The notes: generated from the letters alone by a model not told the origin. DNA of 64,000 nt from Clostridia bacterium (GCA_017466805.1 JAFTTN010000066.1:38722-102721); one strand, 5' to 3'; positions 17,411 through 27,287 are shown, numbered from the stretch's first letter. Numbers and translations: made by a program.

Positions 17411-17704
17411 TTACTTTGATTTACACGGTTTGTCAAGCAGGTTTGCCTTTTCCCTTGCATCGACGTATTTACGCTTCGTTGCAGCGCCACCGCGAAGGTG
17501 GCGTTCGGCGCGGTTTCTTGCCAAAACGGCACAAACGTTTGCATAAAGCTCGTTATCGGTATGCTTTAACCGCTCGGTAAGGTCCTTGTGTACCGTGCTT
17601 TTGCTTATTCCAAAATGCTTTGCCGAGGCGCGCACGGTTGCACCGGTTGCGACGACGTATTCGGCGATTTCTGCCGCCCGCGACGATATTTCATCATTAA
17701 ACAC
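17411..17704 (-). CDS. spoIIID: Sporulation transcriptional regulator SpoIIID
   Basis: 97 aa with a GTG start and GGAG 8 nt upstream. It carries RAAEIAEYVVATGATVRASAKHFGISKSTVHKDLTERL and RHLRGGAATKRKY. Confidence 0.88.
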   Translation of the reverse strand: MFNDEISSRAAEIAEYVVATGATVRASAKHFGISKSTVHKDLTERLKHTDNELYANVCAVLARNRAERHLRGGAATKRKYVDAREKANLLDKPCKSK

Positions 17705-17754
17705 GTTATCAGCTCCATATAGGGTTTTGTTGATGTATATGATGAAAAGCAGAA

Positions 17755-17810
17755 AAATATTAAAAAGGCCGTTTTAAGCGAAGCGTTAATGCTTTTCGTT
17801 TAAAACGGTC
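17755..17810 (-). terminator. Rho-independent terminator after the flavoprotein gene
   Basis: Long hairpin GACCGTTTTAAACGAAAAGC...GCTTCGCTTAAAACGGCC on the minus strand, followed by TTTTTAATATTTTT. Confidence 0.75.
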
Positions 17811-17885
17811 TTTTTTTACCGGTATTTTATATGATGATATAATGCGCGGGTATGCTTTTTTGCGATAATCTATTACGGGGCGCGA

Positions 17886-19109
17886 TTATATACTATTGCC
17901 GGCGGTGAAGGCGGTGGAAAAGGCGATTTGCAGGTTAAAGCCGCCGGTATAGGCATCGACGTCCATTACCTCGCCCGCGAAATAAAGGCCGGATACGAGC
18001 TTTGACTGCATTGTTTTCGGGTCGATTTCGCGGCAATCGACACCGCCGCCGGTTACGATTGCTTCGTCGATCGGGCGGGTGCCGACGATTTTTATGGGAA
18101 TTGCTTTTAGAAGCGCGACGATTTTTGCACGCTGCTCTTTAGTTAGGCTATTGAGCTTGGTTTCGGGCGGGATTCCCGTTAGTTCGATAAACGGATCGAT
18201 CAGCTTCGAGGGAAGAAGCGCATTGAAGGCGTTTTTCAGTGCCTTATTGGGTATTTCCGAAAAATCACGCAGGAGCCGTTTATCGAGCGTTTTTTCGTCG
18301 AGTGCCGGCTTCATATCGATATAAAGCGTGCAGGGGTAGCTGTTTTGCAGGTGTGCCGACGCCGAAAGGATACAGGGGCCGGTTACGCCGAAATGGGTAA
18401 ACATCATTTCGCCCTGTTCTTCATACAACGGCTTTTTGCCGTCTTTATAAAACGAAACACCGACGTTTTTAAGCGAAAGTCCCATACAATCGCGGCAGAG
18501 CTTATCGGGCGAGACGAGCGGAACGAGCGAGGGACGTATTTTGGTTACGGTATGTCCGACGGATTCGGCAAGTCTGTGGCCGCTTCCGTCCGAGCCGGTT
18601 TTGGGGTAGGACGATCCGCCGCAGGCGATTATAACCGATTTTGCATAAAGCTCTTCCCTGCCGCAACGAACGCCTTTTACCGAATTGTTCTCTGTAAGGA
18701 CAGCCGTTACCCTTTTGTGCTGTATTTCGACGCCTGTGTTTTTACAAGCGGTAACGAGCGCCACGGTTATATCGTGGGCTTTATCGCTTTCGGGGAAAAC
18801 GCGGTTGCCGCGCTCCACCTTGGTTTTTACCCCCATCATTTCGAAAAACGCGACGGTATCCTCGCTATCGAAGCGCGAAATCGCACTCATTAAAAAGCGG
18901 GGGTTTGCGATAACGTTATTTAAAAACTCTTCACGCGGGCAGGCATTGGTAACGTTACATCTTCCCTTGCCGGTAATATCCAATTTTTTTCCGCAGCGGT
19001 CGTTTTTTTCCAAAAGCAACACGCTGTTGCCGTTTATCGCGGCGTTATAGGCGGCAAAAAGACCTGCGGGACCGCCGCCTACGACTATACAATCATACGT
19101 CATTATCAT
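17886..19109 (-). CDS. NAD(P)/FAD-dependent oxidoreductase, BaiN/HI0933 (YhiN) family
   Basis: The likely start is MIMTYDCIVVGGGPAGLFAAY (dinucleotide-binding GxGxxG). It also has GKGRCNVTN and a C-terminal GLYFAGEVMDVDAYTGGFNLQ. Confidence 0.8.
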   Translation of the reverse strand: MIMTYDCIVVGGGPAGLFAAYNAAINGNSVLLLEKNDRCGKKLDITGKGRCNVTNACPREEFLNNVIANPRFLMSAISRFDSEDTVAFFEMMGVKTKVERGNRVFPESDKAHDITVALVTACKNTGVEIQHKRVTAVLTENNSVKGVRCGREELYAKSVIIACGGSSYPKTGSDGSGHRLAESVGHTVTKIRPSLVPLVSPDKLCRDCMGLSLKNVGVSFYKDGKKPLYEEQGEMMFTHFGVTGPCILSASAHLQNSYPCTLYIDMKPALDEKTLDKRLLRDFSEIPNKALKNAFNALLPSKLIDPFIELTGIPPETKLNSLTKEQRAKIVALLKAIPIKIVGTRPIDEAIVTGGGVDCREIDPKTMQSKLVSGLYFAGEVMDVDAYTGGFNLQIAFSTAFTAGNSI

Positions 19110-19953
19110 AAACTTCGTTTTCTGCCCAGATTCGCTCGAGCACCGAGAAGCGCGATTGCGCTCTTTCGGGGTCGCGCCTGCCGATTTCGTGGATAAGCGC
19201 ATTGATAAGAGCGAGCGGAGCGGTTAGTGAATCGACAAAATTATCGCTTTCGTTATCTGCATATAAGGTTATATCGGCGGTTTTCGCTATAGGGCTGCGC
19301 GCGCTGTCGGTTATACCGAGCACGGTTGCGCCCGCACGCTTCGAAAATTCGAGCACGTCGACGGTTAGCTTGGAATATCGCGGGAAGGTGATGCCCAAAA
19401 CGACGTCGCCCTGCTTTACGCGGAACATCTGGTCGAATGCCTCACTGCCGATAACCGTATGAACGATATGAACGTTATCGAAAAGTATCGAAAGGTAAAA
19501 GTTCATAAATATCGCAAGGCTTGCCGCGCTTCTTGCACCGACGAGATAGATATTATTCGCGTTCATTATTGCCGTAACGAAGCTTTCGAAGCTTGCTTTA
19601 TCGGTTCGGCTTTGGGTTTTGCGAATGCTTTCTATATCCGAATTAAAGCTTGCCGAAAGGGTATCCTCGCAGTTGCGGTTCTTTAACAGTTCCATACGCT
19701 GAACGCTTGTTAGCTTACTTCTTGCGGCGTAGCGCAGTGCCGATTGCAGCTCGGGGTAGCCCTCGAAGCCGAGCTCGGTCGCATAGCGGACGATAGTTGA
19801 TTCCGAAACGCCAACGGTTTCGCTTAGCCTTGCCGCTGTCATATACGCCGCGGTGGCGTAGTTTTCGAGCAGGTAGGCACCGATTTTCTTTTGTCCCTTC
19901 GAGCATTTTTCGAGCCGTATGCTTATTCGTTCCAAAACGTTTTTGTTTTGCAT
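19093..19953 (-). CDS. MurR/RpiR-family transcriptional regulator (HTH + SIS domain)
   Basis: The likely start is MQNKNVLERI. The HTH is AARLSETVGVSESTIVRYATELGFEGY. The SIS region is IYLVGARSAASLA...VVLGITFPRYS. Confidence 0.8.
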   Translation of the reverse strand: MQNKNVLERISIRLEKCSKGQKKIGAYLLENYATAAYMTAARLSETVGVSESTIVRYATELGFEGYPELQSALRYAARSKLTSVQRMELLKNRNCEDTLSASFNSDIESIRKTQSRTDKASFESFVTAIMNANNIYLVGARSAASLAIFMNFYLSILFDNVHIVHTVIGSEAFDQMFRVKQGDVVLGITFPRYSKLTVDVLEFSKRAGATVLGITDSARSPIAKTADITLYADNESDNFVDSLTAPLALINALIHEIGRRDPERAQSRFSVLERIWAENEVYDNDV

Positions 19954-19973
19954 TATTTTCCTCTTATAAATGG

Positions 19974-20003
19974 GATTGCCGCAAAAGGATATTTGCGGCA
20001 ATC
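19974..20003 (-). terminator. 12-bp perfect hairpin between glyQS and the RpiR-family gene (weak terminator)
   Basis: GATTGCCGCAAA-aggata-TTTGCGGCAATC. The flanking T-tract is poor on the minus strand. Confidence 0.35.
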
Positions 20004-20016
20004 TTTAAAAGTGAAA

Positions 20017-21423
20017 TTAAAATCTGATTTTTTCCTCGATATACGCGCGTACCTCGGAAATGGGCATTCTTACCTGCTCCATAGTATCGCGGTCGCGAAT
20101 GGTTACGCAGTTATCCTCCAATGAATCGAAATCGTAGGTGATACAGAAGGGGGTACCGATTTCGTCTTCGCGGCGGTAGCGCTTACCGATAGAGCCTGCT
20201 TCATCGTAATCGCAGGGGAAATACTTGCAAAGCTCGTTTGCAAGCTCGTGCGCCTTTTCGCCAAGCTTTTTCGAAAGAGGAAGCACGGCTGCCTTGAAGG
20301 GTGCAAGAGCGGGATGTAAGCGAAGAACGGTACGGATATCCTCGGCGCCGTCCTTGCCGATATTTTCTTCGTCGTACGCATCGCAAAGGAAGGCAAGAAC
20401 CGAGCGTTCTACGCCGAGCGAGGGCTCGATAACGTAGGGAATATATCTTTCATTCTTTTCCTGATCGAAATAGGTAAGGTCGTTACCCGAGGTGTTTTGG
20501 TGCTGGGTAAGGTCGTAATCGGTTCTGTCGGCAACGCCCCAAAGCTCGCCCCAGCCGAACGGGAACAAAAATTCGAAGTCGGTGGTTGCTTTGGAATAGA
20601 AGCAAAGCTCTTCGGGATCGTGGTCGCGCAGGCGGAGGTTTTCTTCTTTAATACCGAGCGAAAGGAGCCAATCGCGGCAGAAGCCTCTCCAATATTCGAA
20701 CCATTCGAGGTCGGTGCCGGGCTGGCAGAAGAATTCAAGCTCCATCTGTTCGAATTCGCGAACGCGGAAGATGAAGTTACCGGGGGTGATTTCGTTACGG
20801 AAGCTCTTACCGATCTGACCGATACCGAAGGGGAGCTTTTTGCGGGTGGTTCTTTGAACGTTTGCAAAGTTTACAAAGATACCCTGTGCGGTTTCGGGAC
20901 GGAGATAAACGGTGTTCTTTGCATCCTCGGTAACACCTTGGAAGGTTTTGAACATAAGGTTGAACTGACGGATGTCGGTAAAGTTGTGCTTACCGCAGGT
21001 GGGGCATTTGATATTATGCTCCTCGACGAAGTCCTTCATTTCCTGCTGAGAAAATGCATCGATGGGCTTTTCGAGAGTATATTCGTTTTCCGCACACCAA
21101 TCCTCGATTAATTTATCTGCGCGGAAGCGTTCCTTACATTCGCGGCAGTCCATTAAGGGATCGGAAAATCCGCCGAGGTGACCGGAGGCAACCCAGGTTT
21201 GCGGATTCATAAGAATAGCGGCGTCAAGACCGACGTTATAGGGATTTTCCTGAACGAATTTTTTCCACCAAGCGCGCTTGATGTTATTTTTAAGCTCTGC
21301 GCCGAGAGGGCCGTAGTCCCAAGTATTTGCAAGGCCGCCATAGATTTCGCTGCCTGCGAAAATAAAGCCTCTGCCCTTGCAAAGTGCGACGAGCTTATCC
21401 ATTGTTTTTTCTGTATTTTTCAT
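20017..21423 (-). CDS. glyQS: Glycine--tRNA ligase (dimeric alpha2 type)
   Basis: 468 aa. It carries [50 protein letters not shown] and GVERS. Confidence 0.93.
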   Translation of the reverse strand: MKNTEKTMDKLVALCKGRGFIFAGSEIYGGLANTWDYGPLGAELKNNIKRAWWKKFVQENPYNVGLDAAILMNPQTWVASGHLGGFSDPLMDCRECKERFRADKLIEDWCAENEYTLEKPIDAFSQQEMKDFVEEHNIKCPTCGKHNFTDIRQFNLMFKTFQGVTEDAKNTVYLRPETAQGIFVNFANVQRTTRKKLPFGIGQIGKSFRNEITPGNFIFRVREFEQMELEFFCQPGTDLEWFEYWRGFCRDWLLSLGIKEENLRLRDHDPEELCFYSKATTDFEFLFPFGWGELWGVADRTDYDLTQHQNTSGNDLTYFDQEKNERYIPYVIEPSLGVERSVLAFLCDAYDEENIGKDGAEDIRTVLRLHPALAPFKAAVLPLSKKLGEKAHELANELCKYFPCDYDEAGSIGKRYRREDEIGTPFCITYDFDSLEDNCVTIRDRDTMEQVRMPISEVRAYIEEKIRF

Positions 21424-21467
21424 AGTTATCCTCCCGATAAAACTACCGTGATATAAAAATTCAGTAT

Positions 21468-21496
21468 ATTATACACTATTTTTTTGTATTTTGCAA
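21468..21496 (-). promoter_or_regulatory. Sigma-A-type promoter of glyQS
   Basis: On the minus strand: TTGCAA, 17 nt, TATAAT. This leaves only a ~45-nt 5' UTR. Confidence 0.5.
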
Positions 21497-21507
21497 GAGG
21501 GCATAAT

Positions 21508-21533
21508 ACGAGAGAGGAACTTTTTGTAAAAAC
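21508..21533 (+). repeat. Truncated copy (left arm only) of the ACGAGAGA hairpin repeat
   Basis: ACGAGAGAGGAACTTTTTGTAAAAAC without the complementary 3' arm. Confidence 0.5.
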
Positions 21534-21560
21534 ATATTCCCGACAAGTCTGTATAACTAA

Positions 21561-21643
21561 AAATGACACACTTTAAAACTTTTTAATCTAAAAAGTTTTT
21601 GAAAAGAGCACGAGAGAAACTTTTTTCAAAAAGTTTCTCTCGT
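21561..21643 (+). repeat. ACGAGAGA hairpin repeat, copy C (flank + hairpin)
   Basis: AAATGACACACTTTAAAACTTTTTAATCTAAAAAGTTTTTGAAAAGAGC, followed by ACGAGAGAAAC-TTTTTTCAAAAA-GTTTCTCTCGT (21610-21643). Confidence 0.8.
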
Positions 21644-21670
21644 CAGAGCGAAGACACATGGTCTATTTAC

Positions 21671-21886
21671 GCCCTTGAAAGAAAAAACAACACAAAAAAT
21701 CGAGCTTCATTTGAAAGTAGAAGTTCGATTTCTTTTTAATAAGGAATAAATATTTTTATTGTATTTTCAAGGGCTTTGAAGAAAAACTTCGACTGTCGTA
21801 GCATTCTACGCCGACGCTCGTTTTTCTTCAAAAATAGCCTCATTTCTCTCACTCTGGTTCAGTCTGTAGACTTTGTCTACAGACTG
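21671..21886. repeat. Array of nested and tandem palindromic hairpins
   Basis: GCCCTTGAAA 21671-80 pairs with TTTCAAGGGC 21765-74. AAATCGAGCTTC 21697-708 pairs with GAAGTTCGATTT 21720-31. TTTGAAGAAAAAC 21775-87 pairs with GTTTTTCTTCAAA 21820-32. CAGTCTGTAGA 21860-70 pairs with TCTACAGACTG 21876-86. Confidence 0.75.
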
Positions 21887-21920
21887 ACGAGAGAAACTTT
21901 TTTCAAAAAGTTTCTCTCGT
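21887..21920 (+). repeat. ACGAGAGA hairpin repeat, copy F
   Basis: ACGAGAGAAACTTTTTTCAAAAAGTTTCTCTCGT, identical to the copy C hairpin. Confidence 0.8.
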
Positions 21921-21941
21921 ATTTTCGTATTAGTGCATTAT

Positions 21942-24200
21942 CTAATTCATTTCGTCGGGTGTCATTTTGTTGACCTGCCGTTGAGCCATAACCAAGCGGT
22001 AATACCTGCCCTTGTTACGCATAAGCTCGTCGTGCGGGCCAACCTCTTCGATTTTGCCCTTTTCGAACACGACTATCTTAGTCGCGTTGCGCAAAGTGGA
22101 AAGGCGGTGGGCGATAGCTATAGTGGTTCTGCCGCCCGCAAGCCGCGCGATTGCCTCCTGTATCTGTTTTTCGGTTTCGGTATCGAGCGAGCTGGTTGCT
22201 TCATCGAGAATGAGTATGCGCGGGTTACGCAGTATCGCACGGGCGATAGCTATTCTTTGGCGTTCGCCGCCCGACAAGGTATTGCCGCGGTCGCCGACGT
22301 AGGTATTGTAGCCGTCGGGTTGACGCATTATAAATTCGTGCGCGTTGGCAAGCTTTGCGGCGCGAATAACCTCGTCACGCGTGGCTCCCGGCTTTGCATA
22401 GGCTATATTGCTGTAAATGGTGCCGTGGAACAGGAAGTTTTCCTGCAGCACCACGCCGATCCTCGAGCGGTAGGAATGCTGGTCGATATCGCGCAGGTCC
22501 TTGCCGTCGACGGTTATTGACCCCTCCGAAACGTCGTAAAGACGCAGAGCAAGGTTTGCGGCGGTGGTTTTGCCGACGCCGCTTCTTCCGACGAAGCCGA
22601 CCATTTCGCCGTTATTTATCTTTAGATCGATATTTTTAAGAACGTATTCGGCGTCCTCGTAACCGAAGGACACGTTTTTGAATTCGATATCGCCGTGAAT
22701 GCTTTCCAGCACCTCGCCGGTGCCGAAGCTATCGGTTTTTTCGTCCAAAAGCTCGGTTATTTTTGAAAGCGAGGTTGTTGCACGGGCGATACGGCGGGGC
22801 ACGAAGGACATCCAGCGTATCGGCTCGTACATCAAGCCGACGTAGGAAACTATCTGCATAAGGTCGCCCAAGGCGAAATTCGGGTTGCCCGAGGTGATAA
22901 ACGACGGGTCGCCGACAAGCTCGCAGCCGAGGAAGAAGATCACGGCGTATTCGCCGATACCGAGCAAAAAGCTTGCAAACGGCATTATCATATTCCAGGT
23001 GAGCTCGTTTTTCTTCGAAATCTCGGCAATACGCTTTGCAGCGGTATCGAATCGCTTTTCCTCGCGCTTTTCGGTGCCGTAGGTTTTAACCACGCGCATT
23101 CCCGAAAAAACGTCGTGCATCAGTGTACCCGCATCCGATTCCACCTGCCATTGACGGTGGTAGAGCTTATGTGTAAACCTATGCAGCGCGCGGAACATAA
23201 GCACGAGCAAAGGAATTGGAATGATTATTATAAGCGAAAGCTTCCAGTTGAAAATGAACAGAAAAACGGCGATTGCGCCGAGTGTGAGCGCCTGCTGAAT
23301 AAGGTTCGGCACCAGCCAGGTAATAAATTCGCGAAGCTCCTCGGTATCGCCCGAAACGCGCTGTATAAGCTCGCCCGCGCTGCGTTTATTCAAGCCCGAA
23401 AGCGAAAGCTCTTGGATTTTGCGATAGACCTCCTCGCGCATTTTGATAATAATATCCTTCGAAGCCTTTGCGATAACCAATCTTCTTACCGCAACGAAAA
23501 GCGCGCTCAAAAGTCCAAGTGCCGCCATTGCGATAACCAGCCAGATAAATCCGCTTTTATCCTCGGGCACGGGTGACGCCGCGATATAATCGTTTATTAT
23601 ATGCTTGTTCACTATCGGTAAAACCACCGATATTGCCGATACGCCGATTAACAAAAGTCCCGCAAATATAAGCCTTGCAAGGTGGGGCTTCATATAGGGC
23701 AGAAGCCTTGAATAGAGCTTGCGCTTATCGACGCATTTTTCGCAGGTTGTTCTGCCGCGGGCAAAGGGCTTGCCGCATTTTTCGCAGGCGGCGATTTTCG
23801 GATCGGGTATATTTTCGCCCTTGCGCGCACCCTCTAATTTTCTTGCGGCAGCGCGGAAAACCGTGGCAAGCTTCATATCGGCGCGACAAAGCTCGACTTC
23901 GCCTTTTTCGTTAGTTGCCTCGAGCGCGACACAGCCCCAAAGGCCGACAAACCTTATTTCCGAAAGCGAGGAGAGCGTATATTCCTTTAGCTCACCGCCC
24001 GATTCGAGCATATAAAGCTTATCGTCCGAGAGCGCGCAAACACCGACGGCTTTCGAATTATCGAAGGCGAGGTTATAGTTGAAGGTATAGGGCTTTTCGT
24101 CCTGCACCGATTTTAAAAGCTCCTTCCGAACGGCATCGAAGGGGTTCGGCTTCGGCTTTTTGCGGAACAGCTTTGAAAAAATTCGTTTTAATATCTTCAT
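21942..24200 (-). CDS. ABC exporter (fused TMD-NBD) with extra ~170-aa N-terminal domain containing a CxxC..CxxC zinc ribbon
   Basis: 752 aa. Zinc ribbon CEKCGKPFARGRTTCEKC, then six TM helices. Walker A GRSGVGKTT, signature LSGGERQR, Walker B ILILDEATS. Confidence 0.85.
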   Translation of the reverse strand: MKILKRIFSKLFRKKPKPNPFDAVRKELLKSVQDEKPYTFNYNLAFDNSKAVGVCALSDDKLYMLESGGELKEYTLSSLSEIRFVGLWGCVALEATNEKGEVELCRADMKLATVFRAAARKLEGARKGENIPDPKIAACEKCGKPFARGRTTCEKCVDKRKLYSRLLPYMKPHLARLIFAGLLLIGVSAISVVLPIVNKHIINDYIAASPVPEDKSGFIWLVIAMAALGLLSALFVAVRRLVIAKASKDIIIKMREEVYRKIQELSLSGLNKRSAGELIQRVSGDTEELREFITWLVPNLIQQALTLGAIAVFLFIFNWKLSLIIIIPIPLLVLMFRALHRFTHKLYHRQWQVESDAGTLMHDVFSGMRVVKTYGTEKREEKRFDTAAKRIAEISKKNELTWNMIMPFASFLLGIGEYAVIFFLGCELVGDPSFITSGNPNFALGDLMQIVSYVGLMYEPIRWMSFVPRRIARATTSLSKITELLDEKTDSFGTGEVLESIHGDIEFKNVSFGYEDAEYVLKNIDLKINNGEMVGFVGRSGVGKTTAANLALRLYDVSEGSITVDGKDLRDIDQHSYRSRIGVVLQENFLFHGTIYSNIAYAKPGATRDEVIRAAKLANAHEFIMRQPDGYNTYVGDRGNTLSGGERQRIAIARAILRNPRILILDEATSSLDTETEKQIQEAIARLAGGRTTIAIAHRLSTLRNATKIVVFEKGKIEEVGPHDELMRNKGRYYRLVMAQRQVNKMTPDEMN

Positions 24201-24772
24201 TACAAATACAGTTCTATCTTTTTAAAGCTTTTTCTATCGAGCTTGGCAACGTCTTCTATTCTGTAGCGGTTGCCGTCGACGTCGGTTATTATAAGCATAC
24301 CGCCGCCCACGCGCGCGATATTGCGATAGGTGTCGTGCATCGAAAAGGTCATATCTCCCCTATCGGTTTCGACCTCCCAGAAGGAATAATCGAGCTTTTC
24401 CTTTAAGGATTTTATTTTGTGCACGGTGGGACAGAGATATTTTCTGTCGAGCTCGACGCGGATTATTTCCTGTGCCTCGGCGGGAAGCGAATTCAAATCG
24501 CGTATCATCGCGTATTCGCGCCCGTCCTTGTTCAGCACCGATATATATTCGTCGGGGGTTTCGAACGGGAAGCAGCGGTGGAAGAAAACGCGTCCGAGAT
24601 CCTGCTTTACCGGAGTTTTATCCTGCTCGGCAACCAGATCGTCGGTTATTTTCGGCAGAACCGCCTCGAGCGCGGGAAAGCCGTTTGCCGTGCGGTAAAA
24701 GCGCGAATTATCGGCGGTTAAATAGGTTATCTCCGCAAGGTCAAGAAAATTATCGTTTTTGTTTTCGTTCAT
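24200..24772 (-). CDS. Small cytoplasmic protein, DUF1854-like (ABC-transporter-associated)
   Basis: 190 aa. It carries FHRCFPFETPDEYISVLNKDGREYAMIRDL, WEVETDRGDMTF and ITDVDGNRYRIEDVAKLD. The family name is recalled from memory, not searched. Its stop overlaps the downstream ATG by 1 nt (TAATG). Confidence 0.55.
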   Translation of the reverse strand: MNENKNDNFLDLAEITYLTADNSRFYRTANGFPALEAVLPKITDDLVAEQDKTPVKQDLGRVFFHRCFPFETPDEYISVLNKDGREYAMIRDLNSLPAEAQEIIRVELDRKYLCPTVHKIKSLKEKLDYSFWEVETDRGDMTFSMHDTYRNIARVGGGMLIITDVDGNRYRIEDVAKLDRKSFKKIELYL

Positions 24773-24797
24773 TTTTTATCTCTCTTTAATTATTGCA

Positions 24798-27098
24798 TTA
24801 TTCGCCGATGCCGACGGTTTTGAGCGCCTCTGCCTGAAGCTTATAGAGCTTATAATAAACTCCCTTTTGCTTTAGCAGCTCCTGTGCCGTGCCGCTTTCG
24901 GCGACGCGTCCGTTTTCGATTGCGATAAGCTTATCGGCATCGCGCAGGGTAGAAAGGCGGTGCGCGATGATAACTGTGGTGCGGTTTTCGGTTAATCGGT
25001 CGAGCGCCGATTGAATATTTCGCTCGGTTTGGGTGTCCATCGCCGCGGTGGCCTCGTCAAGAATTAAAATCTTCGGGTCACGCAGAAGCGCGCGGGCGAT
25101 AGAAATACGCTGTTTTTCGCCGCCCGATAGGTCTTTTTTGCCGAATCCGATTTCGGTATCGTAGCCGTCGGGATATTTTACGATAAAATCGTGTGCCGAC
25201 GCGGTTTTTGCCGCCGCGATAACCTGCTCACGCGTGGCGTTCGGGCAGGCGTAGCGGATATTTTCGAGAATACTGCCGCGGAAAAGATAGGTTTCCTGCG
25301 ATACTATCGCAATATTTTCGCGAAGGAAATCGAAGGGAAGGTCCTTTATGTTGACACCGTCGATATAAACACCGCCGGTTTTAACGTCGTAAAGCCTTGT
25401 TAAAAGGTTTGCAAGCGTGCTTTTTCCCGCGCCTGTCTGGCCAACTATACCGAGTGTGGTGCCGGCGGGGATATTGAAGCTTACGCCGTCGATAACCTTG
25501 CGGTTTTCGACGTAGGAGAAGGTTACGTCGCGGAATTCGACCTCGCCCTTGCATTCTTCGGGAATTATCGGGCTTTGCGATTCGCGCACCTCGGGCTGAG
25601 CATCGCGGATTTCGAAAAGGCGCTGTATTGCGTTAAGCGTTTCGCTCCACCAGTTCGAAACGTCGGCAAGCTGCTCGATAGGGCCGTAGATAAGCGAGAA
25701 ATAGCCGATGAACGCCATTAGACGTCCGTAGCTCATATCGCCGGTCGCGTTCATTACCTGCCAGCCGCCTACACCCCAAACGACGTAGGAGCCGATTCTT
25801 AACAGATAATACAAAAACGGGAAGATGCGCGCAGAAAAGGTTTGGATTTCGTTGCGCGATTCGGCAAGGTCTTTATTTCGCTTGCCGAAGCGGTTAAGCT
25901 CCTCGTCCTCACGCGAGAAGGATTTAACAACGCGCATACCGTTTAAAACGTCGGATACGAGCGAATTGAAGGAGCGGCGTTTTGAATAGCTTTTTGCGTG
26001 GAGCTTATCGAACGCGTTGAAAAGAAATTTAAACGCAAGGAAGAACACCGGAATTGTTACGAAGGTATAAAGCGCAAGCACGAGGTTTTGCGAAAGCATT
26101 ACGCACATTATTACGACGAGCTGAACTATATTAAGCACCAAATAGGGAAAGCCGTCGCAGAAGAACCAATAAAGCGTTAGGCTGTCGCTGTTTACCTGAG
26201 TCATAAGTCCGCCGGTTTGACGGTTTGTGAAAAAGCCGAGCGACAGATTGCTTATGGTATTGAATATCATTTTCTTTAAATCGTAGGTAACGTTTGCCGC
26301 AACAGTCGAGCTTATTGCGCCCGAAAGCAGATTTACGCAGAGCGCGGCTATACGCACGCCGACGATCAGAAGCACGATTTTTAATACGTCGAAAGCAACC
26401 GAATCGGGATTGGCGAGCACCTCGTCGTAAAGCTTTTCGCTACTGATATATGGGGTTATTACACCCAACCCCGCAATGAGTGCAAAAGCGATAAGCACCA
26501 TTGCAATAGAGCGCTTATAGCGGAAAAACAGCGAAGCAAGGCGTTTTACCAAGCGCGCCTTATCCATACAGTTCGGGCAGATTTTTAGCTCCTCGTCGGG
26601 ATAGCGTCTGCCGCATTTTTTACAAACGTGAAGCTCGTAGCTTTCTTCGCCGTAGGTCGACAAATCGAGCTTATTATCCTTTTTCAGCTCGCCGACGGCG
26701 CGGCAGAACACCGATGCGCCGTGCTTACACGCCGACGAAAAGTTGAACAAAAGCTTATCCTCCCCTTCGAACTCGGCGACGACTCTGCCGGTGGAAATAA
26801 GCTGTTCCGCCTTCGGCTCGCCTAAAGAGGAAAGCGCAAAGCGCTCGAAGCGGCTTACCTTAAATTCCTCGCTTCTTACCGATTCGCCGATTGCATTCCT
26901 GCCGGCAGAGGAAAATTCGATAATTCCCTCGGCGACGAACGCCGCTTCGGCAGAAAGCAGCACGAAGCAATCGCCGCGGCTGCCGTCGGCACGGAGGTCG
27001 CTGCGGAGTGCGATAAGGATTTCGTCCCAATCGACGCTTTCGGAAGCGAAATATTGCGATACCACTGCGGGTATCTTATCTACGTAAACGGTTTTCAA
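24798..27098 (-). CDS. ABC exporter (fused TMD-NBD) with extra ~190-aa N-terminal domain containing a zinc ribbon
   Basis: 766 aa with a TTG start. Zinc ribbon CKKCGRRYPDEELKICPNC. Walker A GQTGAGKST, signature LSGGEKQR, Walker B ILILDEATA. Confidence 0.85.
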   Translation of the reverse strand: MKTVYVDKIPAVVSQYFASESVDWDEILIALRSDLRADGSRGDCFVLLSAEAAFVAEGIIEFSSAGRNAIGESVRSEEFKVSRFERFALSSLGEPKAEQLISTGRVVAEFEGEDKLLFNFSSACKHGASVFCRAVGELKKDNKLDLSTYGEESYELHVCKKCGRRYPDEELKICPNCMDKARLVKRLASLFFRYKRSIAMVLIAFALIAGLGVITPYISSEKLYDEVLANPDSVAFDVLKIVLLIVGVRIAALCVNLLSGAISSTVAANVTYDLKKMIFNTISNLSLGFFTNRQTGGLMTQVNSDSLTLYWFFCDGFPYLVLNIVQLVVIMCVMLSQNLVLALYTFVTIPVFFLAFKFLFNAFDKLHAKSYSKRRSFNSLVSDVLNGMRVVKSFSREDEELNRFGKRNKDLAESRNEIQTFSARIFPFLYYLLRIGSYVVWGVGGWQVMNATGDMSYGRLMAFIGYFSLIYGPIEQLADVSNWWSETLNAIQRLFEIRDAQPEVRESQSPIIPEECKGEVEFRDVTFSYVENRKVIDGVSFNIPAGTTLGIVGQTGAGKSTLANLLTRLYDVKTGGVYIDGVNIKDLPFDFLRENIAIVSQETYLFRGSILENIRYACPNATREQVIAAAKTASAHDFIVKYPDGYDTEIGFGKKDLSGGEKQRISIARALLRDPKILILDEATAAMDTQTERNIQSALDRLTENRTTVIIAHRLSTLRDADKLIAIENGRVAESGTAQELLKQKGVYYKLYKLQAEALKTVGIGE

Positions 27099-27258
27099 TT
27101 CTTTACCTATAACCCTTTTTAATGAAAAAAATTAACCTAACGCTTTGATTTTACACCTCGAAAGAGCAAATTGCAATAGTTTATTACAAGGTTTCGAGCA
27201 ACTCAACCAACGATTGATATTTAGGTATTCCGCAAAGCAAACATATAGCGAAAAACCC

Positions 27259-27287
27259 TTGAAATATATAAAAAAGTATGATACAAT
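27259..27287 (+). promoter_or_regulatory. Sigma-A-type promoter of hom
   Basis: TTGAAA, 17 nt, TGaTACAAT. Confidence 0.55.

Noticed and set aside
21776-21973. Small ORFs in repeat-rich spacers (21776-21973, 27132-27338, 28265-28540, 30802-31014, 31006-31296).
   Set aside because: They are composed largely of the palindromic repeat sequences or promoter regions. They lack ribosome-binding sites, and their products are low-complexity.
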